Positions 8,714-19,354 of a stretch of DNA of 37,659 nucleotides are shown one piece after another. Within the stretch, counting starts at the first letter, position 1; each line of letters opens with the position of its first letter. The position numbers and the translations under genes are program-made. Under the pieces are notes generated by a model. It did no database searches. It had not been told where the DNA came from and saw nothing but the letters and a program-made list of their open reading frames with translations. Source of the stretch: a virus (taxonomy: Duplodnaviria > Caudoviricetes); the IMG/VR virus record IMGVR_UViG_3300038336_000066, positions 1 to 37,659 of that record; one strand, 5' to 3'.

Positions 8714-10030
8714 TTATAATGAGCCTTGCACTAAATTATACATTTGATCATTAGCAGATTTTATTCTGAAACCTCCAACTCTAATTAAATATGGGCTAAG
8801 AGTTACATATCCATATATTTGAATATAATCTCCTGCATTTACATTAAAATCCTCAGTCCATGTTGTTGCAGTGCTATATGGAACACTTCTTTCTATACCC
8901 CTTGCAATACCATTTATATAAACCCTTGCAAAAGAGGACATCCCATTATATGAACGCCATGCTGAAAAAGAAACTGTGACTGTGCCACCAGTTTTAACTC
9001 TAATAGATTTTATTAATCCATATGAAGTTGACCCAGAAGCATCATCTGTATCACTTATTGCAAAAGGGTATGAACCAGAAGTTAAATTCGGAAATGGTAC
9101 TAAAGTGCCAGTAATTCCATCAATAACAATATCTTTTTTAATATTCCCTGCTGTTAGATTTGTTAAATCTAATGTTCCTTGAATTACTCCTAGTGACGTT
9201 CCTATTGTTTTAGTGTTTTTTACATCCGCTTGGGTTGCAGTTCCATACTCACCTCCTTCACCCTGTAAGATAAAATTTGTTCCATCATACCTCAATGTAT
9301 AAATTCCTGTTGACTTTAAATTTGTTACATTTGTTCCATCTGCTTTTTTTATAGTTTTAGCACCTTTACCATCCCAATTGAGTGTTGATGCTCCTGTACT
9401 ATTAATGTTGATTTTAACACTTACTGCCATTCCAGTAGTTAGTGCGGATATAGTAGGTGTCGCTATTGCATATGTATTTGCTACTCCAGTTGTAGTTCCA
9501 CCATAAGGGATTATCTTCGTATAATCAGCCAAAGACGCACTAGTTTCATCCTTGAAGTCATTAAAAGTATCTTGAGAAACATAAATGTCTAAAGGTATTA
9601 CTGCGGTAACATTAGCTGCATTACCAATGGCTGCATTAATAGCAAACGTCTTTGTATATGGTCCCGATGATTCAGGTGGTATGTAATCAGGATACTCCCC
9701 AGCATTTGCATATGCATAAAGCACCTCACCAACGTCTGGATCATTAGCAAACAAACCGATTTCTCTAGAAAAGACACCTTCTAACATGCCTATATTATCT
9801 TTTGTCCCTTTAATTTTTGCAATGTGATTTACTTGATCAATAGTTATAGATTCAATATCAACATCAAAATCAGGTGATATTAACTGAGTTAGTGTTTCAA
9901 TTACAGTTCCTGGAGGAAGTATGCTGTTTCCTGACTGCATTTTAGTAAATAGGATTTGAGTACCTGTCTGTGCTTTTGCAAATAGATTTAAACCAAGATT
10001 CGTAATTTTCATTACTCCAAAGTTAGCCAT
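8714..10030 (-). CDS. Tail fibre / receptor-binding protein
   Basis: P2 gpH/DUF3751-like N-terminus (ITNLG...REIGLFA...VLYAY), Gly/Thr-rich body; start moved to MANFG behind AAGGAG. Confidence 0.85.
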   Translation of the reverse strand: MANFGVMKITNLGLNLFAKAQTGTQILFTKMQSGNSILPPGTVIETLTQLISPDFDVDIESITIDQVNHIAKIKGTKDNIGMLEGVFSREIGLFANDPDVGEVLYAYANAGEYPDYIPPESSGPYTKTFAINAAIGNAANVTAVIPLDIYVSQDTFNDFKDETSASLADYTKIIPYGGTTTGVANTYAIATPTISALTTGMAVSVKININSTGASTLNWDGKGAKTIKKADGTNVTNLKSTGIYTLRYDGTNFILQGEGGEYGTATQADVKNTKTIGTSLGVIQGTLDLTNLTAGNIKKDIVIDGITGTLVPFPNLTSGSYPFAISDTDDASGSTSYGLIKSIRVKTGGTVTVSFSAWRSYNGMSSFARVYINGIARGIERSVPYSTATTWTEDFNVNAGDYIQIYGYVTLSPYLIRVGGFRIKSANDQMYNLVQGSL

Positions 10031-10043
10031 ATCATTATTCTCC

Positions 10044-10613
10044 TTACGTTGGAATATTTGTTGAAAGAGTTGTAATATCACCACCACTAATTAAGATTCC
10101 TATTGATGGCTGTAATACTGTAATTCTTTCAATATTAATACTTTCTAAGTGACTTCTCATATTCTTAATCGAACTAATTGCTTCTATTAGTTGATTGATT
10201 TTATTTGGGTCAATGATAGCATCTGATGTTGTCACTTTAAAATAAAAAGGGTCACCCCCATACTCAAACCACTCTTCTACTTTCGCACTATCAAATGCAT
10301 CTGTTACAAGTAATTCTACTGCATGTGGAGTTCCCTTTGTAAAATGATAAATCAAAGCATTCTTTACAAGATTTCTTTTGGTTCCCAATGACAATGTGTT
10401 ATCATAAAAATCAGTATTAATTTCAATTGCTAAGTGATCTAATAATTTTTCTGAAACATTATTAATATCTGCAAAAATTAGCGTGTTTTTTATTGAATCA
10501 GCCATTAGTTGAAATTCACCATCTATAGCTTTACATGCAGCTATTACATCACTATTTTCTCTAATGTTAGGAGGTAAAAGACTAATAAGGCTAGATTCTT
10601 TAATATTAATCAT
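10044..10613 (-). CDS. Tail protein I (P2 gpI-like)
   Basis: LLDHLA, KGT, VEEWFEYGG.PF.F motifs; follows baseplate J. Confidence 0.85.
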   Translation of the reverse strand: MINIKESSLISLLPPNIRENSDVIAACKAIDGEFQLMADSIKNTLIFADINNVSEKLLDHLAIEINTDFYDNTLSLGTKRNLVKNALIYHFTKGTPHAVELLVTDAFDSAKVEEWFEYGGDPFYFKVTTSDAIIDPNKINQLIEAISSIKNMRSHLESINIERITVLQPSIGILISGGDITTLSTNIPT

Positions 10614-11748
10614 CTTCAACCCCTCCATACACAAAGTTTATATTGTTTTCTATAGCAACTTGCGTTTCAAGTAGTGCATAATATTGTGGCTCATTTATTA
10701 CAACTCTTTTTGCTCCAGCATTTATTAACCTATATAGCAATTCATCCGGATTTATTGATCTAGAGATTTTTGACTTTTGCCATATTATAAATTCTGACTT
10801 TGCATTCTCTATTGCTACTTGAATATCTGATATTAATACTACATCAGATTTACGTATGTAGTAGGTAACATCAATGTCGTATGATACTTGATTTGGCGCA
10901 CCAACAATAACCTGGTCAGTTAGAGGTCTTCTTGTTTTATTACTTAAGTAAGATTCAACCTCAGTAAGTAATGTTTCGTTAGGTATTTCTCCGTTTTCTA
11001 AAATAAATCTAACATCTACTTGTCCTGGTAAGGGTGATGAAACCATTACATCAATAATTGATTGATTGTATTGTTTAGCAAAATACTCGTATGCTCCTGA
11101 TGGTCCAGCAACACTAAAACTTTCTGGCTTTATTACGATTCTGTTTCTAAAAGCTTCGTCACTTTCTATATCTGTTCCACCTTGAGATGTCGTAATATTA
11201 GATACGGATTGAATAAATCCAATTGGATCTACAAGTACATTTATTTGCCCTGATGTAAATCCATTACCTATACTTCCACTAATAGAACATTGAATATTTA
11301 CATCAGCGTATAAATCACCCGGTAATATTTCTGCATATTCCTCTGTAGCAAAAAAGATGCTAGTACTAGTACTAACCCTTGTTCCTTTTGGAATTGGCAC
11401 AGTATTTATTTGAGTTGCAGATAAAGTGAATCTGACTTTTGATATTGCTGATGAAGCCTGAAGCCTAAGAGCTCCAATTCTTACTCCAATATTATCGAGA
11501 TAATCTCCTTCAGCATATTTCAGTAAATTTTGTTTAGCAGAATAATCAATTAATTGATAGGCTGCATATATCCTTAATGCCTGTGAATATATAAATATCC
11601 TTACTGGATCGCCTTGTGCTAGAGTTTTGGTTTCACCAGTTTGTTGCAAGTAGGCTTGTTCGTATTCACTTATCATTTCTGATAGTAAGGTTTCAACATC
11701 TTTGTTAACAAAACTAATATCGGGTACATTGTCAAAAATATCAGACAA
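10606..11748 (-). CDS. Baseplate J protein
   Basis: GGTDIESDEAFR, FSVAGPSGAY, RPLTD motifs. Confidence 0.92.
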   Translation of the reverse strand: MSDIFDNVPDISFVNKDVETLLSEMISEYEQAYLQQTGETKTLAQGDPVRIFIYSQALRIYAAYQLIDYSAKQNLLKYAEGDYLDNIGVRIGALRLQASSAISKVRFTLSATQINTVPIPKGTRVSTSTSIFFATEEYAEILPGDLYADVNIQCSISGSIGNGFTSGQINVLVDPIGFIQSVSNITTSQGGTDIESDEAFRNRIVIKPESFSVAGPSGAYEYFAKQYNQSIIDVMVSSPLPGQVDVRFILENGEIPNETLLTEVESYLSNKTRRPLTDQVIVGAPNQVSYDIDVTYYIRKSDVVLISDIQVAIENAKSEFIIWQKSKISRSINPDELLYRLINAGAKRVVINEPQYYALLETQVAIENNINFVYGGVEDD

Positions 11749-12043
11749 GCTTAATCACCACCTTTGGTTTTAATAATGCTTCGTCATCCTCATTTAAAAA
11801 ATCTATACTAACTATTTCTGCTCTAGGCTCATATTTTTTAGTTTTTATTATGTATTCAGAAATAAGCAGGCTTCTTGCAATGGGTAGCGGATTGTCTAGG
11901 ATGCTCCAATCAATGCCAAATTCCCTGTCAAAGGCTACGCTCCCCTGGGGAGTTGAATATAGAACTGATAAATTTTGCATTATCTCTTGTGCTCCAATTG
12001 CTCCAAAGTCTATTTTAATATTTGCATTTGTATCTATAATCAT
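11741..12043 (-). CDS. Baseplate gpW/gp25-like protein
   Basis: TPQGSVAFDREFG and YEPRA motifs. Confidence 0.85.
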   Translation of the reverse strand: MIIDTNANIKIDFGAIGAQEIMQNLSVLYSTPQGSVAFDREFGIDWSILDNPLPIARSLLISEYIIKTKKYEPRAEIVSIDFLNEDDEALLKPKVVIKLV

Positions 12044-12047
12044 CTGA

Positions 12048-12446
12048 TCACACCCTTGAAATATATTCTTCTAAAGTAATATCGAGCGAGCCGGATATTA
12101 ACTCCCCTTGATTAAGAACTATGTTCCATGCCTGTCCAACACTTTGTACAATCCATAAATCGGTGCCCAGTGCTCTATTTCCTATTATCAGTGGATATGC
12201 TTCTCCCTTTGTGGCCATTAATACCCATTCATTCATTTCATTTCTAACATTTACACCGAATCTAGCATTTAAATTAATAGTAAAAGATATCGTATCAAGA
12301 GCTGGACCCAAATACTCTGTTAGTGGCTTTTTCCCAATTATTTCATGATAGCCAAATCTAGCAGCTGTGTTTCTAGTAAGGCCTAAGAATGTTAATATTT
12401 TTTTATCGGATGTCTCAAAAACTCTTTTTCCAAAAGTGCCTATCAT
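12048..12446 (-). CDS. P2 gpU-like tail protein
   Basis: MIGTFG...KPLTEYLGPALD...LEEY. Confidence 0.85.
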   Translation of the reverse strand: MIGTFGKRVFETSDKKILTFLGLTRNTAARFGYHEIIGKKPLTEYLGPALDTISFTINLNARFGVNVRNEMNEWVLMATKGEAYPLIIGNRALGTDLWIVQSVGQAWNIVLNQGELISGSLDITLEEYISRV

Positions 12447-12459
12447 TTTTAATCACTCC

Positions 12460-12882
12460 CTATGGAATATTAGAAGCAGTAACACTTCCTAAAGCATTTA
12501 TATTACCACTTACTACCAAATCTCCATTAATATCAATGTTACCATCTAGTCTTATGTTATCAGCACTAATTATTAGTGTTTTTGTTGACTTTTCATACTT
12601 AACATAGGCTTCATCCATAATATCTTTACGAAAAATATTGCCAGTTTCAATAGGTTTGTTTTCATTATTAAAATACTTTCCTAAGCAAAAACCTTCTCCG
12701 CCACCATGAGGTAAAAAAGCGCATAAAACATAATCTCCTGCGCTTGGCATATCATATTCAAATGATAAAACATACAAATCTTTACTAACTGAATTATCCC
12801 TATCTCCAAACAATACCTGCACAGTACCATTGGTATAATCTACGCTTGATACAATGCCAATTCTAATAGCGTCACGCATCAA
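12460..12882 (-). CDS. Baseplate spike gpV-like protein
   Basis: RIGIVSSVD, MPSAGDYV OB-fold motifs, C-terminal (I/V)xG beta-helix repeats. Confidence 0.85.
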   Translation of the reverse strand: MMRDAIRIGIVSSVDYTNGTVQVLFGDRDNSVSKDLYVLSFEYDMPSAGDYVLCAFLPHGGGEGFCLGKYFNNENKPIETGNIFRKDIMDEAYVKYEKSTKTLIISADNIRLDGNIDINGDLVVSGNINALGSVTASNIP

Positions 12883-13889
12883 TATCCCTCCAGTACTTTA
12901 TGCATTTCAAGTGAAGTGCTATATTCGTTGCTCTTACTATGAGTTGCTTTATCAATATAATATTTTCCATCAAACATTCCTAACCCTACAATATTAACGC
13001 ATGAACTTGCAATCAATCTAAGATCACCAAGAACTTCAGCTGATAGAGTATTTTCTTGCTTATTCAAGTTCCTTAAGGTACTTTTTGATAGCAGTTGTGC
13101 TTCTGCTAGATTTGAGACCGCTTCTTTAACTTTATAAATCTTTCCATTTTTTTTTGTTTTGTCAATAAATGTATATGATAGTGTTTTACCATTTGAAGGA
13201 TTAGAATATGATACCTGGCAACCACTGTATCCTGTATCCGTCCAAGTATTTTTTCCCGACCAGCTCTTTAGGTCAGTCTCTTTGAATGTAGCAACTGCTT
13301 TTTTAGCTTCGTATTCTTCTTCTTTAAAAATAATCAACTTATTGCTATATGCTTTAATTGCTAAACCGTTTTTTTGACATAACTCAAATAAAAAAGCACT
13401 ATCTGAAGTGCCATCTTGTTCAACGTGTTTGATAATTGGATTAAATTTTGTATCATAGATTATTCCTATAGAATGATTCTTAGCCATTGTTTCGGCTATT
13501 TGCTTAATACTAATTTGTTTCCATGTTCTATACGTTTCAATTTCCATGAACCCAGAACTTGAAGGAGTTGAAATAGCCCCAATATTTACTATAAGAGGTC
13601 TTCCAGCAAACTCAACATTATCTACGATGAATTTACCACATACTAATTCCTGAATATCTTTATTATATCTCCAGTTTTTAGTTAACATAGATGCTTTAAT
13701 ACTATCACCTTTTGTAGGTTTCCAATCAAATAACCATTTTTTCGAATCATTATTTAAAGTAATTGAAATATCATCAGCAACACCAGAGGCGTTATCAGAA
13801 TAAGTAAAGCTTTCTAGATCATTTTCTATATTCTTTGTGATATCAATTCCTTGATATTCAATTTTTATATATGATCTTCGTGCTTCCAT
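12879..13889 (-). CDS. Baseplate hub, P2 gpD-like
   Basis: YSDNASGVADDISI, EQDGTSDSAFL, G.FDGKY.I motifs; start moved to MEARR behind GGAGG. Confidence 0.88.
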   Translation of the reverse strand: MEARRSYIKIEYQGIDITKNIENDLESFTYSDNASGVADDISITLNNDSKKWLFDWKPTKGDSIKASMLTKNWRYNKDIQELVCGKFIVDNVEFAGRPLIVNIGAISTPSSSGFMEIETYRTWKQISIKQIAETMAKNHSIGIIYDTKFNPIIKHVEQDGTSDSAFLFELCQKNGLAIKAYSNKLIIFKEEEYEAKKAVATFKETDLKSWSGKNTWTDTGYSGCQVSYSNPSNGKTLSYTFIDKTKKNGKIYKVKEAVSNLAEAQLLSKSTLRNLNKQENTLSAEVLGDLRLIASSCVNIVGLGMFDGKYYIDKATHSKSNEYSTSLEMHKVLEGY

Positions 13890-13890
13890 T

Positions 13891-14103
13891 TCAACGCCTC
13901 CAAGGTGGTAAATCATTATTTACTTCGACTTCTATTAATTCTGGTGTCATTATTTGCACACCAGAGGCAAATATAACCGTTCCAATATGTTTTTTATTGG
14001 CTTCCATTAATTCTTTTATAAATTTACTTGATCCATACTGATTATAAGATATATTATCCCATGTATCTCCTAAAACTGTTTTATATGTAGTCAAGGCATT
14101 CAC
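13891..14103 (-). CDS. Tail protein X (LysM-like)
   Basis: GDTWDNIS..YG...LM.AN...LPPW. Confidence 0.88.
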   Translation of the reverse strand: MNALTTYKTVLGDTWDNISYNQYGSSKFIKELMEANKKHIGTVIFASGVQIMTPELIEVEVNNDLPPWRR

Positions 14104-14107
14104 CTAC

Positions 14108-16330
14108 TTATGAAAATTTTAATCGTTTGTTATTTGATAACCACGTCTTCATTTGTTTTTCGAATTCTCTTTGAGCATCATCAAGGGCTTTTCTGACTAC
14201 ATTTTCATCAGCATTACCTTGAATTATGATATTAGGTGAATAAGTAAAAGACATATTTTCATTTTCATTTGATGTTTTATTACCCACTAACTTACCAAAA
14301 ATTTTATCAAGTCTACTTCCAAGTGGTATAACTGCTTCATCGTGATTTCCTTCCCCGATATTAGCAAGCACTCCTCCCGGTGTATGTTTAATATATGCAC
14401 CATTTGCAAGTTGAGGTATGTTTGGAATGCTTAACCCTATTGTCTTACCACCTATTTCTGGTACCCAATCTGGAACCTCAATACTAATACCATTTATCTT
14501 ATCAATCATAAAATTGATAAGTCCAATAATCATATTAATATTGCCTTTAAATGTACCTACAACATTATCAAAAATACCCCCAAAGAATTCTCCTATTCCA
14601 GAAAATACAGTTTTTATTCCTTCAACAGCAGCTAAAAACTTTTCAGAAAACCATGTACCAACATTTGCAAATATCTCTTGAATAGCAATCCATACATTAC
14701 TAAAAAAGACCTTAATTGTATCCCAGTTTTGAACTATTAATGAAACTGCAATTCCAAATGGTCCTGTAAGGGCAATAAGAACTTTTGGACCCCATTCTTT
14801 AAAGAATGCAACCACGTTATTAAAGGCATTTACAATTCCATCTTTTATACCTGTTACAATTCTTATCATAAATGCTTTAACTTTGTCCCAGTTCTTATAA
14901 AGAAGAACACCAATAGCAATCAATGCACCAATAGCAATAACAACAAGGCCAATAGGTGAAGTTACAAAAGCTATAGCTACTCCAAATGCTCCTGTTACAG
15001 CAGATGCTATTCCTGTGACAATAGTATAAGCTGTCATAATTCCATTAATAACTTTATAAGCTACAAATGCGCCAATTATACCATAAACAATTGGCTCAAT
15101 TAATGGCCAGTTATTAGCTATAAAGTCATAGACAAGTGTTGCCTTATCCGCTACTGATATTAAAATTGCTACAACTTGAGGCAATGCATCAGTAAACATC
15201 CACTGTATGACAGGCTTTGCAGTTTCAAAAGCTCCATTAAGTTTTTCCTGAATATTAGTTGCTACCTCGATGATTCTAGTTTTAATACTTACTAAGGTTG
15301 GTATATTTTCTGTTATCACAGCTTTAATCTTGTTAAAAGAATCCACTGCAACGCCCTTAAGCCATGATATCTTTTGAGTTATATTATTTATCGTAGGTTT
15401 AAAAAGACCAAACTTAGCAACTGCAGAAGTCACATATGGCTTTAATTTAGAAAGAGAATTACCTACAAAAGTAACACCATTTGAAATGTTTTCAATTAAA
15501 CCTAATACAAAGCCTTGAATCATAGGAATCTTATCAGCAAACCAACCATAGAATTTAGCTTGTATTGGAAGTATTTTCTTGCCAATCATTTCTTGCATCT
15601 GACCGAACATATTTGTTGATTGTTTTATTTTTCCTTCATCAGTTTCAGCAAGTGCCTTATTCATTTGCCCTACATTTTCATTAATAACCTGGGCTAGCAT
15701 TGCGGCTTTTTCCTGTTCATTACCATACTTAAGTACCTTTTCTTGTGCAGTACTAAAAGAGATACCTACACGTGTGAGTGCTCCTGTTTGACCATTTAAA
15801 ACTTTTCCCATTAAATTTCCAATATTTACTGCATCTCCTGTAGTAGCTGCAAGCCCTTTTTGCTGAGCAAGTAAGTTATTCATTGCAGGTAATAACGTTT
15901 CTACCGATGCTGTTTGATTCACGAATGTAGATAATTGTTGTGCTCCAGCAATTTGAACATCTCCTTCAATTATTCCCAGTTGTTCTTGTGCTTCTGATAA
16001 GCTTAATATTGATTGTATTTGTGATTCAGAAGCATTTGTTCTTTGTTTTAATACCGTTGCAAGTTTTGTTTCAACTTCAATTTGCACTTTTGCTGCTTCA
16101 ACAGATTCATTTAAATAACTTTTTGCAGAACTAAACGCTTTATATGCCAATGCGCCTCCAATAACAGTCTTTAACCCTACTGAAAATCCCTTATTAGTTG
16201 CATTGGCTGCTTTTGTTTGTTTTTCAAGACCAGAAATATTCTTTTGAGCTTGAGAAAAAGCCTTTCCCATTGATGATTGTACTTTACCACCAATAGCAAG
16301 AATAGTTTCGTATGTCGTTTTTTTAGCCAT
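14108..16330 (-). CDS. Tape measure protein
   Basis: 740 aa, helical, SPIGLVV...LYKNWD and W/F periodic repeats; follows the chaperone gene. Confidence 0.9.
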   Translation of the reverse strand: MAKKTTYETILAIGGKVQSSMGKAFSQAQKNISGLEKQTKAANATNKGFSVGLKTVIGGALAYKAFSSAKSYLNESVEAAKVQIEVETKLATVLKQRTNASESQIQSILSLSEAQEQLGIIEGDVQIAGAQQLSTFVNQTASVETLLPAMNNLLAQQKGLAATTGDAVNIGNLMGKVLNGQTGALTRVGISFSTAQEKVLKYGNEQEKAAMLAQVINENVGQMNKALAETDEGKIKQSTNMFGQMQEMIGKKILPIQAKFYGWFADKIPMIQGFVLGLIENISNGVTFVGNSLSKLKPYVTSAVAKFGLFKPTINNITQKISWLKGVAVDSFNKIKAVITENIPTLVSIKTRIIEVATNIQEKLNGAFETAKPVIQWMFTDALPQVVAILISVADKATLVYDFIANNWPLIEPIVYGIIGAFVAYKVINGIMTAYTIVTGIASAVTGAFGVAIAFVTSPIGLVVIAIGALIAIGVLLYKNWDKVKAFMIRIVTGIKDGIVNAFNNVVAFFKEWGPKVLIALTGPFGIAVSLIVQNWDTIKVFFSNVWIAIQEIFANVGTWFSEKFLAAVEGIKTVFSGIGEFFGGIFDNVVGTFKGNINMIIGLINFMIDKINGISIEVPDWVPEIGGKTIGLSIPNIPQLANGAYIKHTPGGVLANIGEGNHDEAVIPLGSRLDKIFGKLVGNKTSNENENMSFTYSPNIIIQGNADENVVRKALDDAQREFEKQMKTWLSNNKRLKFS

Positions 16331-16511
16331 GCTTTTTACTCACCTCACTAACTTCTTCGGCTACCCTTACAAACTCTTCTATCGAAAGGTTTAGATAGAA
16401 TTCTAGGCTTGTAAAAGTATTAAAGGCAAGGTTGATGGCTACTCTTTGTAGTATTTCTCCATCACCTTGCCTTACTCCTAGCTGTATAAATAGCCGATTA
16501 ATAAGTTTTTT
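16323..16511 (-). CDS. -1 frameshift extension of tail assembly chaperone (gpGT-like); not in the ORF track
   Basis: Open -1 frame ...EILQRVAINLAFNTFTSLEFYLNLSIEEFVRVAEEVSEVSKKHG* ends overlapping the tape-measure ATG; A AAA AAC at 16511-16505. Confidence 0.75.
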   Translation of the reverse strand, partial: KKLINRLFIQLGVRQGDGEILQRVAINLAFNTFTSLEFYLNLSIEEFVRVAEEVSEVSKKHG

Positions 16512-16858
16512 ATTTTCATACCCTCTTTAGCTGGTAATCTATCAAAAAATTCTATAGGTTTCTTAGTAACCATGTGAGCAACAATACATGCATAGGCTAT
16601 GCTCATTTCAGCTATAGCAGATGCATTTCCCTTCTTTGAATATATTTTCTCAGCTGTTTTTAACTGAGCAGTAGAAAGATCTTCCATACCCGATAAATCA
16701 ACCTCTTGATATGTATTACCTTCAAAAGTAAACGGTTTATCAAATTTAACAATATATTCATCTTCCTCGGTTGAATCTTCACCTTCAAGATCAACCACTT
16801 CTTCAATAACTGAGTCAGTTGACTCCTCTTTTACTTTCGATTGTTTTTTATCGTCCAA
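16478..16858 (-). CDS. Tail assembly chaperone
   Basis: FDKPFTFEG.....DLSG...L, PIEFF..LP; between tube and tape measure genes. Confidence 0.85.
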   Translation of the reverse strand: MDDKKQSKVKEESTDSVIEEVVDLEGEDSTEEDEYIVKFDKPFTFEGNTYQEVDLSGMEDLSTAQLKTAEKIYSKKGNASAIAEMSIAYACIVAHMVTKKPIEFFDRLPAKEGMKIKNLLIGYLYS

Positions 16859-16876
16859 AACTACCTACCTCCTAAT

Positions 16877-17398
16877 TTATATTTGGTTTTTTACATCAGC
16901 TAATAAATCTTTGCCATCTACAATGAATACAAAATTAATTTTATCAAGTTCGAGCAAAACCTTATTGTCTAGCATGATCTTAATGTACACTAACTCTAAG
17001 GTTACTTTTGTTTCAGTAGGTTTTCCAACACCTGCTGTTCCAAGGTCTATTCCTTTTGGAATGCCTTTTGTAACAATTTTAAGACCTCGATGCTCTGTGA
17101 CTCCTGATGAAACATCATAGCTTTGTTCGGATGCCCTAAGTGTAATAGTTGCCATGCTCTTACTTACAATCTTCATGCTTTGTTCATCAAGCATTCTAAG
17201 TGGAATTTCTAGTGGTAGACTTCCAAAATGTCCAAGGTTAGGACTTTCAATTTCTCCTAAGATACCAGCTCCACTAATTGTTTCTGTCATTGCCTCAAAG
17301 TTTGGAAGAGTTATTTCTCCACCAACACCAAAGAGTTTTTCTTCATCGTTATATAAATTGTAATTTACAATCTTATCTGGAATAGCGTTAACACCCAT
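16877..17398 (-). CDS. Major tail tube protein (P2 FII-like)
   Basis: ITLP, ISGAGILGE, LLELDKIN...VDGKD motifs. Confidence 0.9.
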   Translation of the reverse strand: MGVNAIPDKIVNYNLYNDEEKLFGVGGEITLPNFEAMTETISGAGILGEIESPNLGHFGSLPLEIPLRMLDEQSMKIVSKSMATITLRASEQSYDVSSGVTEHRGLKIVTKGIPKGIDLGTAGVGKPTETKVTLELVYIKIMLDNKVLLELDKINFVFIVDGKDLLADVKNQI

Positions 17399-18870
17399 TA
17401 ATTAGCACCTCCAAATATAGCACTTGTTAAAGCGCTTGGGTCAAATTCAAGTTCATTTTCAATGGTTTCAGCTGGTGTATATGGGGTTAAATATTGCTTA
17501 AACTTAATACTTCCATTCATGAGATTTGATGTAGGATTTTCAATTTGATAAAATTCAATCCTTGCATCTGCAATTTGAAATCTTGCCTTAAATCCATTCG
17601 CTTTAATATTTTCTGCGTCTACAACGGATTCGATTAGTCTTAAATTTAATGGGTCATCTACTTTTTGAGTGTACGTATTAATAAACTGATTACCCCACCA
17701 ATCGAACATTCTTCTTACAGATATAAACCTATCTTTAGGATCAACAGTTAAAGGGTATTTACTTGTATTATTACCCCAGCTTTTCCATCCATTAAAGTTT
17801 ATTGCAGTCACAACACCAACACCGTTAAGTTCATTGGCTTGTGGTAATTGAAGAAATACCTCCGTTCCATCATCAATGATTGTGGCTTCAATTTTAAAAG
17901 GCTTATTTGATGGTGAAACATAAGGAATATCTTCATTTACATGATCTGTATTAGCAATAAGTGCGCCAAATAATGCAGACATAAAGTATTCCTTAGAGGA
18001 AACCTTTACTTTTGGCCATAGCGCAATTGCATGCTCATTAATGTAGTTATTTTCTTGTTTCCAAGCTGCAACATCAGTGAAGATTAATGCACCTTCAGAA
18101 CTTGAATCAATATCTAGTAAGCATTCACATTTGAACAAACCATTTATGTTTGTTGTTTTAGCAATCATTTCTGCCGCTACAATTGGTAGATGACTCCATC
18201 CAGGTAAATTAATTACTCCTGGAATCAATGATTTGACTGGAAACACTTGATCAATCAATTGAAGTCCTGTATAAATTCCTGTTAAGATGTCATATTCTCC
18301 AATAATATCCGCTGCAGTAACTGCACCTGGATCTAACTGATTATATCCAAATGATAACTGTGTTTCATCTACTGGTATTGTTCCTGTTAATAAAGCCTTT
18401 AACAATACATGCCCCATATCATTAAATTCTAAAGTATAGTCCGTACCCTTGGTGTATGTAGTGGTTTTTGTTGAGTCCTTTACTACAAAGTTGGCATCTA
18501 ACAAGATACCTTCTTCTTCTATGATCACTTCTCTTGCTACTAAAGGGTTAAGTTCATCTACTACAGCAATTTTGTGAATACTAGGATCAAGTACATTTAC
18601 AACTACTATAGGTGCAACATTAAAGATTCTAAAAGATGCATCAATAGCTTGACACAAAGAAAATTTATCAAATGAATCTGAATAACCAACCTTCTCAACT
18701 GCTTCATCAAAATTATTAAGAACAATAATTTTATTTACAGCACTTGATGGATCATCTAGTAAATTAACTGGAGCCGTTCCAACTATAAACTGTATCGCAC
18801 TGTTTGCTAAAACTGGTGCAATCAATTTAGTTGGTGTTTCCTGAATATAAACGCCATGTTTATATGCCAT
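17398..18870 (-). CDS. Tail sheath protein
   Basis: YKHGVYI.E, VGTAPVN, SPSNK, ANELN..GV, WGN, RRMF motifs. Confidence 0.92.
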   Translation of the reverse strand: MAYKHGVYIQETPTKLIAPVLANSAIQFIVGTAPVNLLDDPSSAVNKIIVLNNFDEAVEKVGYSDSFDKFSLCQAIDASFRIFNVAPIVVVNVLDPSIHKIAVVDELNPLVAREVIIEEEGILLDANFVVKDSTKTTTYTKGTDYTLEFNDMGHVLLKALLTGTIPVDETQLSFGYNQLDPGAVTAADIIGEYDILTGIYTGLQLIDQVFPVKSLIPGVINLPGWSHLPIVAAEMIAKTTNINGLFKCECLLDIDSSSEGALIFTDVAAWKQENNYINEHAIALWPKVKVSSKEYFMSALFGALIANTDHVNEDIPYVSPSNKPFKIEATIIDDGTEVFLQLPQANELNGVGVVTAINFNGWKSWGNNTSKYPLTVDPKDRFISVRRMFDWWGNQFINTYTQKVDDPLNLRLIESVVDAENIKANGFKARFQIADARIEFYQIENPTSNLMNGSIKFKQYLTPYTPAETIENELEFDPSALTSAIFGGAN

Positions 18871-18886
18871 GTTTTCTCATTCCTTT

Positions 18887-19354
18887 CTACGTGTATTGGT
18901 CATCTTTGATTGTTATTTGTGGTACATTCCATGTTGTATTGATAGCTAGTAAAAAATAAGGCGAAATATCTTCCTGTGGTAGTTGATAGGACAAAGGTAG
19001 CTTAAGTGTATGCTTATTATCAAAGTGCGTTTGAGATAATAAGTAATTTATTATCTTATTACCCACATTAATTGCATCACGATAACCTTGATTGTCTTCA
19101 CTATCATCATAAATACCAACTAAAATTGCAATATCAGCCGATGCAGGGTCATCATCATCTGAACTTCTACCTTCGTCTATTGCAATTACAATTAATGGAT
19201 AATGCTCTTTATCTTTTTTTCCTTGTTTTACAGGAATGTTTTGTGAATAAATATTAAAATCACTTAATTCATTGTTTGAATTTTTGACTTTGAATCCATT
19301 TAATAATTCTTTGATACTGTCTTTTAAATAATCTTGTAATTCAATAGGAATCAT
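18887..19354 (-). CDS. Tail terminator/completion protein (putative)
   Basis: 155 aa directly upstream of the sheath gene; YP.IVI motif. Confidence 0.6.
   Translation of the reverse strand: MIPIELQDYLKDSIKELLNGFKVKNSNNELSDFNIYSQNIPVKQGKKDKEHYPLIVIAIDEGRSSDDDDPASADIAILVGIYDDSEDNQGYRDAINVGNKIINYLLSQTHFDNKHTLKLPLSYQLPQEDISPYFLLAINTTWNVPQITIKDDQYT

Noticed and set aside
8714-9100. Diversity-generating retroelement or invertible shufflon at the tail-fibre C-terminus
   Set aside because: No reverse transcriptase, no second copy of the 3' region and no adjacent invertase or alternative tips seen in the window.
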